NCBI GenBank assembly: GCA_964016885.1
Contig: OZ024743.1
Coordinates: forward strand, 150,474,001 to 150,538,000
Length of the DNA: 64,000 nucleotides
Source: Eledone cirrhosa
Taxonomy: Eukaryota
Reading direction: 5' to 3'
The translations under genes were made by a program, and so were the position numbers. The notes beneath the pieces are model-generated. The model did no database searches, was not told the DNA's origin, and worked only from the letters and a program-made list of their open reading frames with translations. Shown here one piece after another: positions 52,721-64,000 of this stretch (its first letter is position 1; every line of letters begins with the position of its first letter).

Positions 52721-54980
52721 AGCATGATTCCTATTTTAAACATAAGTAAAACAAAAACCTTGCATGAATAAACTCCCAATCAGTCATGGAGAGATGGTGA
52801 AAATTTAAGAGCATTTCCAATATCTGTGTAGTAACATATAACAGAATAATATTGATAAGGAAATTGAACACTAGATAAAATGTGCCAGTTCAACTTTTCG
52901 TCACCCAAGATGTATACATGAAAAACATGATCAAACCTATAGTGTATAAGGCAATTGTAATCACATGTGGGTTCACAGAAGTTAAATCTGGTGGACAATC
53001 ATCCTCACCCTTGAGGAATTGTTGGTGATTATGACTATACAATAGCAAAACCCACTAAACTAACAATTGCTTAACCATATGAAAATAAACAAAAACAAAT
53101 AAATTAAGATTTTGAGCAAGTGAGTGGAGAAGTGACAAGCACTACTACATAACAGCAACAACAGTATCAAATTTAATAATTAAACATTATTTTTAAAGTT
53201 CTAAAAATTATAGGATGCTGCATGACACAGAGTAAACAAATATAACATAAACCAGATTTTAGAAAGAGATCTTAGGAAAAGCCTTCAAATCATGTATGAA
53301 AGCTACAAGTTTAAGTGATGAAAAGAATTAATTTTTTCTACTGTTTGAAATCTTGAAAATACAGCCTTGTTTGTTCAATCAACCGTCTATTTAATGTAAC
53401 TAGAAACATACAAGATTTTAATATTCATAAGAATCCAATTTCAAATTATGGTCTCAAATATTTCTATCTTTGCATTAAAACACATTTGATTATATAATGT
53501 TATGTTCTTTAAAATACATCTTTGTTATAAATTTTCAAAATTATTCAGACATATGAATTGAAATTAGTGGTAGAAATATTATACAAACAGTCTTTCAGAG
53601 AAATAAGAAGTATGGGAGAGGAATAAAAGGAAGAGGTTGAATAATTTTTATCCAAAATTATATATTACTATGGTGACTGAGTTAAACATGCCCTCTTCTT
53701 TTTAGATGTTTGGCATCCTCTTCACATAAAAAAACTATTTCTTAACTTCCAGAAAGATGTTTTTGTTCTAAATGTAAAGAAACATTAGAATTATTATAGT
53801 ACTTTGTGTTGCTTGGCGGAAGCAAAAAAACAAAAAACAAAAAAAAAGCAATGTTATTAAAATTAATAGATATTTGGGAAATTATCATTAAGATTAGTAA
53901 CTAAATCAAAATTGATGAAATGCAACAGCAGATTAAAAATATTACTTGTCAAACATTGAAATCAAAGCAGAATCTTCTAAAGACAGATTACTAGGTATTA
54001 TTGATAAGTTGTTTAGATTGAAGATGAACAATTTGTCAAGCATTAAATGCAGTACTAAAATCAAAAGAAGGTATAAGTGATGATAAATGGAAATTAATTG
54101 ATAGGTGTAAAAATATCTGCTATCTTGTATTTCTGATGAAGTAATCATTGAATTTGCTAAGAGAAAATTGAACAAAGCTTACTGAATGTGAGATCTGATA
54201 TGGTTCCAAAATAGCTGCTAAATACAGGTAAAATGCAGTGTATTTAAACCTAAGAGAATTCAACAAAATTAAAATAAATTACAGCTATGAATCTTGATAA
54301 ATATTAACAGTAAATGTTCTGCTGTTAAGGCAATGAAAAGAAACAGTAAAGCATTCTTTGTCATTACATGTATTAAACAGTGTCCTATCTTTTAACTAAT
54401 ACTCTTTACAACAGCCATTAACTCATAAAAGAATAAGTGAAAGAATTGTATAGAATGACACAGAAAGTGATGATAGTTTCCCATTATATAGGTTGCAGAA
54501 GATACAAAGCTTTTAACTTTCAAATTGCTAATCCAAGCAGATAGGGGTGTCAGGGTGGCAGAATTATTAGAGCCTCAGACAAAATGTTTTATTGCAATTG
54601 ATCTATCTCTTTACATTGAGTTTAAATCCCATCAAGTTCAATGTTGTCTTTTAACCTGTTTTGAAAGACAATACTTTTCATTTTCATTTCTTTTCAATGG
54701 CTAATAATACCTTACTGGCACCACTCAAGTAAGTTAATTATTTAATTCATAAATGGGGCCCTAACAGAGACTGCTGCTCCGTACCAGAGCAGATCTGGGA
54801 GAGATAACAACTAAGGGGTAACTCCACAGTTGTAGCCTTTATTCTATCTGGTTGGAAAAAGGTTATCATTCTTATTCATGACAATTATATGTAAAGCAGA
54901 ATAAAAGCCCAAAACAAAGAACTATCAAATGTACAAATTTTTAGAAGTGACCAATTTATGCTAAGTTACGATATACATAC

Positions 54981-55038
<58 letters not shown>

Positions 55039-56276
55039 TACACACACTCATCAAATATGTTTGTGTGAAACTAGCTAAAAGGTTTCCTTTGGTAATTCAT
55101 TATCGACATTAATCTAAGAATTCCTTACTTCTAAGTGTTTTGAATTTTTCTGTATAACTGTTTTGTTTTACTGTATCCAAGGTTAGTCTTAATGTTTTTT
55201 TTTTTTCAAACCCAATTTACAACTTTTTATTTAGCAGTGTTACATTAATCAATTGATTCCCTTTTTGATGTATTCGTTTTTCATGTAATGTTTAGTTAAT
55301 ATACTCTTCTTAATGAAGCCCTGGTTTTAAAAAAGAAATCTTTTTAATTGCGATCAAATAAAGGAAAAGTTTTCCTATAATCTAGTTTACAGTTTTTAAT
55401 GCTTCTTTGATTAAATTTTCATTCATTAATGTTCCATTCATTTATCTTCTCAGTCTACACATCATTATCTTCTTTTGAATCTTAACCTTTTATCGTATTT
55501 CTTTTTCTTAATTTATTCTTTGTACAATGCTTTTCTTTAAATCCAACTCCAAATCATCAACTGTCTATAAAATTCTTTTATATGGCTCCAAGGTTTCAGT
55601 ATTAAATGCAAATATTCACACATATTTACCTTAACATGCTTTCAATCTAGAATCTCCTATACAACCAACATTGCAATTGAATAGAGTTTAACTCATATCC
55701 AATACTTTCTGAATAGAAACAATCCAGCTTTTATGAGTTATCATTACATTTAAATCTCAACCACCATAGTTGCTTACTCAGTCAATGACTAAACAGAATT
55801 ATTGAAACATTTCTGTTTTTTATTACTCAATATATGTAACTGAATTGACATTGTGTGGTAAATCTATTTGATATACAGTTCCTTAACTAAATTTTCTCCA
55901 ATTACTGCCTCCTAAATATTTCCAAGAATGAAACATCTTACCAACTCTTTTATGAGCTGCTCTTTTTCTACTAATAAAATGTCCCTGATTGTTTTAAAGA
56001 AATTTGTATATACATTAAATTTAAATTAAATTACTTACCACAAAATACGAAGTACATTCTTTCATAACTGCTTTTTCTTTCAGTTTTATCTCTTAAATTA
56101 GATTCCTTTTCTGTTCCTCAACATAATGAGAAAACATTTAAAGGCATATATATCGATATAAGTAGCAACAACAAGAATAATTTCCCATTTTCCTTATTTA
56201 ACTACATATATTGATATGCTCAAGATTTTCAGGGCTAGAAAGCAACGAAAACAAAGATATTTTGTTTTGTACAAGT

Positions 56277-56470
56277 AATAGTTGTTTTTACTTTTGGCAC
56301 AAGGCCAGCAATTACCGCAGTAGATTACTGGTACTTTATTTTATCAACCCCGTAAGGATGAAAGGCAAAGTTAACCTCAGCAGGATTTGAACTCAGAATG
56401 GCAAGGGCCGTAACTCTATGCGTCAAAGCATGGCGTCCGACCCACTATCGATACTGCCAATCCACTGCCC
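56277..56470 (-). mobile_element. Family A SINE, full length
   Basis: Match to family A consensus. Confidence 0.85.
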
Positions 56471-56864
56471 ATACAAATAATAGTGTTTCATAGTCAGAAT
56501 TTCTTTTTTTAAATCCCACCACAAAAATTAATTTCATTATTTTATTTATGAATAAAAAAAAGTGTTGGAAATTTGCATTTATTCTTGTTGCCCTAATTAT
56601 AAATAAATCATTTATTTACATTAAAATTACAAAGATTTTTTTTTTTTTAAATTTATTTAATATAGTAATAGAATTCGACCAGAGTATAGCCAGGAAAAAA
56701 ACCTACAGGCAAAGGAGATAACTTTAATAAAATCACTATTGAAACTTTTGGAAAATGTAGAAAATATGGGAGTCATCTGGTAAAAGCAACAGACAGGTTT
56801 CAGCCTTATTTGATCTACTCAGCAGAGCTTAGTTTAAAGAATATATGTATATATATATATATAT

Positions 56865-57683
56865 CGTTTCTGAATTTGTTTAGCAAGATTCTTTATCTGA
56901 AAACGTGTGTTGAAACCGATTTTGTTATACTTTGGGAGGATCATGTTGCCAATAAGAAACACACGCACCAGTTGCTTTCACTCCAATTTATTATAAATTT
57001 AAAAAAAATTTTTTTTTTAAATTTTATAAATTTCCGCTTGGTTGGTTCCACTACCGGACGGTTGTTCATATATTGTCAATGTTCTTTCGTCACACATTCT
57101 GTGACCTCTTCAGTGACTGGGGATTCTTTTCTTTGTTTTGTGCCTCTCCTTTGTTCTGTCCTACGCCATCTTGTTTTTGTGTGTGTTGTGTGCTTAGTTT
57201 GTGCATGTGTTACATCCGGGTGTCTGTGTGTGTGTTTTTATTTGTTTATTTATTTGTTTATTTACATGTTACTGGTTGGTTGTTTGTTCTATGTCTGTGT
57301 GTTTGCATTTTGTCCTTAATTGTAAGTTGTGATGTTGCTATTCCATTCATGTTTTCTATTTAATTTTGGTTGGAGTTCATTTATGTTTATTGCCTCTGTG
57401 ATTTGCGTCTTTTCTGTGTGTAGATTTTATTTTTATTTCTATGTTCCCTAATTTGCCCTTATGTTCTATTTTAGCATGTTGGTGAAGTATTGATGATTTT
57501 TTTCTATCTTGAAGCTCTCGCCAGTGTTCATTTAACCGTTCTCCTATACTACGTGCTGTCTCACCTATGTACACTATATTCTTATCTTTACATTGTCATT
57601 TACATTTTTTAATTTATAATAAATTGGAGTGAAAGCAACTGGTGCGTGTGTTTCTTATTGGCAACATGACCCTCCCAAAGTAT

Positions 57684-57690
<7 letters not shown>
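56865..57690 (-). mobile_element. PLE 3' fragment (GIY-YIG 57377-57574) enclosed by ~83-bp inverted terminal repeats
   Basis: YIGETARSIGERLNEH...SSILHQHAKIEH; arms 56922-57005 and 57606-57688. Confidence 0.8.
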
Positions 57691-57754
<64 letters not shown>

Positions 57755-57755
57755 T

Positions 57756-57806
57756 AGTTTCAGAAGATCCCGTTAAGGGTGAAAGCAGCGATTCTCTGCT
57801 TAAACT
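57756..57806 (+). ncRNA. Degenerate type I HHR between (TA)n tracts
   Basis: AGTTT-CAGAAGA(U4A)-TCCC GTTAA GGGT-GAAA-GCAG CGATTCT CTGC-TT-AAACT; AATAAA at 57822. Confidence 0.6.
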
Positions 57807-57822
57807 TTAATCTGTTATTTTA

Positions 57823-57860
<38 letters not shown>

Positions 57861-57862
<2 letters not shown>

Positions 57863-58182
57863 TCATCATCATCATCATCATTTTACGTCCGCTTTTCCCT
57901 GCTTGCAAGGGTGGGACGGGAACTGATTCTGGCTTGATTTCTACAGCTGGATGCCCTTCCTAACACCAACCCCATTTACAGTGAGTGCTGGGTGCTTTTT
58001 TCCCGTGGCGCCCACACGTCCACTTTGTAGTGGAATTATAGGGACCCCAGTCCTATCATCTCATTTCTATAGCTGAGTAAACTGGAGCAATGTGAAATAA
58101 AGTGTCTTGCTCAAGGAAACAACACATCACCCGGTCTGAGAATTGAACTCACAACCTTTCGATGGCAAGCTCTAACCACTAA

Positions 58183-58216
<34 letters not shown>

Positions 58217-58870
58217 CATCATCATCATCATGTAACATCCATTTTCCATACTAGCATGGGTAGGACGGGCTGTCCTTTTCTGAGAGATCAGGTCAGAAGA
58301 CCGTGTTTCACTTATACAGAACTGATTTGGGCTTGGTTTCTACGGCTGGTTGCCCTTCGTATATATATATGAGTGGTTAGAGAATTGGATTCACGATCGT
58401 GAGGTTGTGAGTTTGATTCCCAGACCGGATGTTCTGCTATTTCCTTCACCAAGACACTTTATTTGATGTTGTTCCTTCTACCTGGAGTTTTGACTGATAG
58501 ATAATATTAGCAATTGCAAACACCAATGGAAACATTGTTTCCTCAGTCCGATATGGGTACAGGCCAAAGCTGAAGCATATATACAGTATGCTAACACCCC
58601 CATCCCACTGCAAACTGGACGTGTAGTTGTCACAACACAAAAGCACCCACTACATACTGTAAAATGTTCGTGTAGGTGTCATACCAAAAATCACCCCGTA
58701 CTTACAGTAAATGAGGTTGGTGTTAGGAAAGGCATCCAGCTGTAGAAATCAAGCCAAAATCAGTTCTTTATGAGCAAGACATGGTCACATGACCTGGCAT
58801 TGCCCATAACAGGATAACTCATCCAATCCATGCTAGCGTGGAAAAATGGACGTTAAATGGTGATGATGGT
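57861..58870. mobile_element. Nest of RTE 3'-tail fragments (57861-58030 -, 58213-58360 -, ~58600-58870 +) and tRNA-SINE fragments (58040-58186 -, 58371-58465 +)
   Basis: Shared motifs with the RTE 3' UTRs and SINE A/B boxes. Confidence 0.7.
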
Positions 58871-59567
58871 GATATATATATAAAAGGAATGTAGTGATAC
58901 TGATATTTTATATCAATAATACAACTTTGGGAAAACACTTCAGGGATGTGTTCTGCATAATATATATAATTAAGAATTGGGATGATGCACAGGAAAGTGG
59001 ACAGTAATATTAAATAAATCTAGGTATGGGGACCAAAATTAAGAAACACAGCTGAGCAAAAGCTATAATAGAAGATAGAAAAAGAAACAGAGAGCACAAC
59101 TTGATGGTGGAATAATATTTCAGTTGAGAGTTTGCATATTGAAGAATGCATTTTTTGCTCTCTGCATGATGACATTACATAAAAAAAATTTTCAAGAAAT
59201 ACCACCTACCAATTGATAATTCTGGATAACATCTTTTAATGTTTTTATCTGAATGGCAGAGGCACATTCTCTCAAAACACTATTGGAGAGATGTTGAATT
59301 TTAAGTTTTTCTAATGCTTAGAATGTAGAAATATATACTTAAAGATTGTTTCAATCACTTATATTTGTTTATATGCTATCGCAACAAAGAATTTGCATAG
59401 ATTCAACCAAGGGCCTGCAGATGTAGCATGATATTTTCTTACATGTAGTAAAATACTATGCTATATCTGCAAGTCTTTGCCAGTGACTAGACCCTGATTT
59501 TAGAGTCTAAAAAGTATATTGACTGATTTACCTTTAATATTTTCAGAGATATAGATGAAGTAGAATT

Positions 59568-59886
59568 AGGCTTATGGCTTAGTGGTAAGACCATCGGGCT
59601 TATAATCGTGAGGTTGTGAGTTTGATTCTCAGACCAGGCTTTGCATTGTGTTCTTGAACAAGACACTTTATTTCACATTGCTCCAGTTCACTCAGCTGTA
59701 GATATGAGTTGCAATGTCACTGGTGCCAAGCTGTATTGGTATTTGCTTTTCCTTTGGACAACAGCGGTGGTGTGGAGAGGGTAAAGTGGTATGCATGTGC
59801 GACTGCTGGTCTTCCACAAACCAATCTTGCCCAGACTTGTACAGTGGAAGGGAACTTTCTAGGTACTAATCCCATGGTCATTCATG
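59568..59886 (+). mobile_element. tRNA-derived SINE, family B-like head
   Basis: TGGCTTAGTGGT A box, GAGTTTGATTC B box, TGTTCTTGAACAAGACACTTTATTTCACATTGCTCCAG. Confidence 0.75.
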
Positions 59887-61949
59887 TATACAGTCTTTAC
59901 CTGTCAAATGTAGTCAAGAGCAGAAGTGATGGTCATTCAATTGTTTCATATGTTAATATCCAACATATTTTGTATTTCTTTTGTCTAAATGTTAACAGAT
60001 TTTGTGTCATAATTTATAATCACTCCCACCTTCTGTTGTGTAATCTATACTATATGAGGTAGGAGATAAAAAGATAAGGGTGCTTTCTACAAGGAAACTA
60101 TTATTTTAAAAAATTGGTCTCTCATATTCTGTAATTGTTTGAATAGTAAACTTGTGAGAAGGGATACAGAGCAGACCATTAGTTGATGTAGCAGCTTCAT
60201 ACACAAGAGTATCAGATCAAATTAAAATGTCTGTATACCAGATACATGTTATGAATGATTGCAACAGATTAAAATCTGCTAAAGTTAATTATGTGTGTTT
60301 TAAACCTTCCTAAATAATACTTATATGAATTTAACACTGTATAAACTACATTATAAAGCGCTGCCTTATGTTTCTCAGCCTCTCTTCTTTAGGCTGAAGA
60401 TATACATTTTTAAGTGTGATTTAAATAGAAACAGATGAAACAAAATATTATCATAGAAAATATTTGTTGTAAAATATAATGTATAATATTCTAATTCAGT
60501 CTCATCAGCTAAATTTTACTTTATTTGGCAGCCTTTATGAATTAGGAAATTATGATTCATGATAATTATAAAAGTTTAAAATCTATTCAAATCTGAAATA
60601 TAATTTACTGTGGATGATAAGTCTAAGCTTTTAGTTAGCAAATGGCTAGTATTATAATGTTTTAAAACAAACACTTAATTTACTTCATGCTTTCTTTTAA
60701 AGCAACATATATTTCTATCTTAAGATGATGCAAGATAAAAAGCAATCTGTGTTTTATAAAATATTTAGATATTTTCAGGTAAATTTATTGCTATTTCTAT
60801 TCAGTGTCTGTTTCCTTTGGCATAATTTCTTTCATAGAATGCATTATTTCACTAATTATCTTTTATGAATGTATTTCTGTTGGTAATATAAACTGAAAAG
60901 AATGGATATTTCTAATTTAGTAAAATTTGATCATTTCTTTAAGAAAAATATTTATTTATAAATATTGTGTAGAATATGTCCCCAAATTTTAGTCAATAAC
61001 TTAGAAAAACATGTACAATTGTTTTTCAAAAAGAAAAATAGCTATTATAAAAATATGTGCATGCATGTGTGCATATATGTAAATGTGTATCTATGTGTTC
61101 AAGTATATATACATAAACACTCATCATATAGAAATTCAAAACTTAGAATCAGCATAAAAGCTAATGAGATATAGCTAAATTTGAATGATGTATGATAGAG
61201 GTTTTACTTGGAGATAATCCCATAAGATGTTGCCGTGAAATCAAAACATTATGTTAAATTGAAACATAACAAATGATTCATGTCATAATTCATAGCTGCA
61301 AGCGATATTAGGAAAACAAGAATAAACATTTAATATACAAAACTGAATAATTTCTTGTACTTTTAGAACAAAATAAAAAATACTAAGTTAGTGCATACTA
61401 ATAATATAATAGGAAGAAAATAATGCTATAGTTATTACATAATAGCCTTGTTCATAATTGCCTTTAGATATATGCAAAGTATTGAAGATTGTTTTAACTA
61501 TTACATAGCATCTTGTAGCGATTTTATAGATTTCTACATAAATATTTGTTGGTTGACTATAAAACACAGTTTTTAAGAGATATAATTATTCAGGATTTCA
61601 TTAAGTTTCATATCATTTATTTATTTTTTTAATGCCCATTCATTTTTTTTTGTTCTAACTACTTCCTGTATGAAAATACTTCATTAAACATGTAATAATT
61701 GAGAAAATACTTTCTTACTCAATGTAACAGATTTATTTCCTGAAGTAATAATGAATCCCGTAACTATTTCCATACCATATATCAAATGAAAGATAACAAA
61801 ATTTTCCAATTTTTAAAATAATCAAGAATTTGGAAAGACTTAGTAATATAATTTTCTCATTGCTATATTCAAAACACCAGCTTACTAAAGGATTTTACAT
61901 AAAATGTTGATAGATGGTTTCTAGATAGATGGTTTATTGCATACAATAA

Positions 61950-63930
61950 ACAGCTTCATATCATAGAAGAGATGGTTCCAGGCAGTTTGGTAACAAAATG
62001 GTTTAATTCGTTAGTTGGTGAATCACAAATGAAAGTTTTGAATTCATATATAGTATCAAATCTATATGTCAGACTCCATTCCAGTGATTTCTTTGGAGGC
62101 ATATTTTTAACTGGTGGATGTGGAGCAATTTCCATTTTTAAGGGGGTATATAAAACAGAGGAGACATGTAGAATAAGGGTGATAAGAGATATTTTCATTA
62201 TATACATTAAAATACCAATTCACTATAAAAGGAAAACAAGTTGTACTTTACCTATGTCTGAGAACCTTTCTAAAAGCTGGTATTTCTGGACAGTTGTAGC
62301 TAGAAATAACTGATTATGACAGCTAGTTTGCAATGGTTATATAGAGCAAATAGACAATGTGGGCTACATGATGTAAAATTGCCAATGCAATAATACAAAT
62401 GCAGACATGGAATGATTTGTTAGCTGCCCATAAAACTGCCCTTCATTGCATAATCTATCACATGTCTTTAGATCTCTTGTAGATCTGTAGTTCCTTCCAC
62501 CACAATGAGCACAGTGAGCATACATAAAAGATGAATCCCCATTAGCATAAAGTCAGATGTCAATGGAATAGCCATATAGATAAAGAAAATAGATGACTTG
62601 GACTATATGATATTTGTTTGCATGTATAATAGTACATAATACACATCCAGACATTGAATGATTCCCCAGCAACACTCTGTTTTAAGTGCATTATAAAGTG
62701 TTTAAGAGCATGTTAAGCCGACATCATACTATGTCGGTATATACACTAGGATTCATTTGATCATATTGCTGACAGTTTCAAAGGAATAAGGCATGGATAA
62801 CTGTATACTGACAAAAAAGAAGCAAGCTGATATATTATGTATGTATGCACCCATGTGAATGGATTGAATATACTGTAACAATAATTAAACTGTCTTGATT
62901 GAATGTTGCAGCAGGAATATTTTAATTATTCATTATTTGTACATACATAAACATACATGTATTGTAGAAGTGTATTTTAGACATGCTCCATATTTCCTCA
63001 TTGTATTTTGTATACTAACTACTATACACTATTGTAAACCCATTAATTTGTGATGGCTTGTGAAGGCTTCTTAATATAACACTGATTACCTAACATTTAG
63101 ATTTATTGCTGTTCCACATGACTGTCACCTTCAAAAATGTTTAATATGCATTTCAATGCTTAACAAAGAGTCTATGAAACATAGTTACCTAATACAATAA
63201 AAGTATATCATATACTCTCATATCCTTTGCAAAACATCAGGCAGATATTGCCTCATGTTCCCAGTAAAGAGAATTTCAAATATGTTATCCTGGAGGATAA
63301 TGTGAGAGATGCATTGATAGGGTCAGTCAAACTCAAATGGCTTGTCCTTATGGATGATCATTTCCATCCTGGTCACAGTAAATAAGGACGTGGTTCCAGG
63401 AGCTAAATTTCCACTTCAATGAGTTTGACAATAAAACTGTCAGAGAGTAACCAGTACTTTTCTGGAGCCCTAAATACATATTTCACCAATAATCATGGTG
63501 AATTAGCTGGCAAGCCATTGAACTTCATATGGAATTTACATAAGAAATTCAACAGCTACAAAATAATTAAGTTCACTATCAAGTCTTCACTTAACAGTGA
63601 TTGCAAGTTATGAATTATTGCTAATGATATTTAAAGATGAAAAGCTACATTCTAAAAATGAAAGGTTATTGAAACCAGCTATCTTTTTATCAACACTGTT
63701 TTGCAGTCAGATGAAACACAGGTCTTCCATTCAACAATGATGAGATATATTAGAAGTAAACCGGTAGAGATGTGACAATCATCTATGCAATTATTCAAAG
63801 AAATGAAGATCAATTTCTGTTCTGTGGTTGCATGTTCTGCAGATAGCATGCCCATTATGATGAATATATAAGGACAGTTTAAAATTGATGAATGATCACA
63901 ATATATCAAATGATTGGTATGCATTTTTTT
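61950..63930 (-). pseudogene. Possible highly decayed APE-type LINE remnants (I/Nimb-like)
   Basis: Weak motif echoes only (CPYIFIIMG, GNDHP, PHPP); many stops. Confidence 0.25.
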
Positions 63931-64000
63931 TATACACTGAGGAATTATACAATATGATAGACTTTTCTACTAATTGTGTGAGGAGAGTGTGGAGTGTAAT

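Overview
AT-rich, repeat-dense eukaryotic (animal) DNA with no host protein-coding gene that I can support. The repeat inventory resembles an octopus/cephalopod genome, which is an inference. It contains long (TA)n microsatellites, three 5'-truncated RTE-clade LINEs, many Penelope-like element (PLE) fragments, tRNA-derived SINEs including a stacked cluster, Helitron pieces, piggyBac-type MITEs, decayed CRE/HERO/gypsy retroelements and one decayed 5S rRNA copy. The most notable feature is a non-coding 310-bp unit at 39399-42120, repeated about 8.8 times with no differences I could see. Each unit carries an intact type I hammerhead ribozyme (HHR) in a highly structured sequence, as in a non-LTR retrozyme or circRNA-type element. 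The array is two head-to-head blocks, both ending in (TA)n. About a dozen further HHR or HHR-like motifs from several families lie elsewhere, some showing base-pair covariation. An older 535-bp HHR repeat has the same head-to-head layout. All structures were folded by eye and no searches were run.
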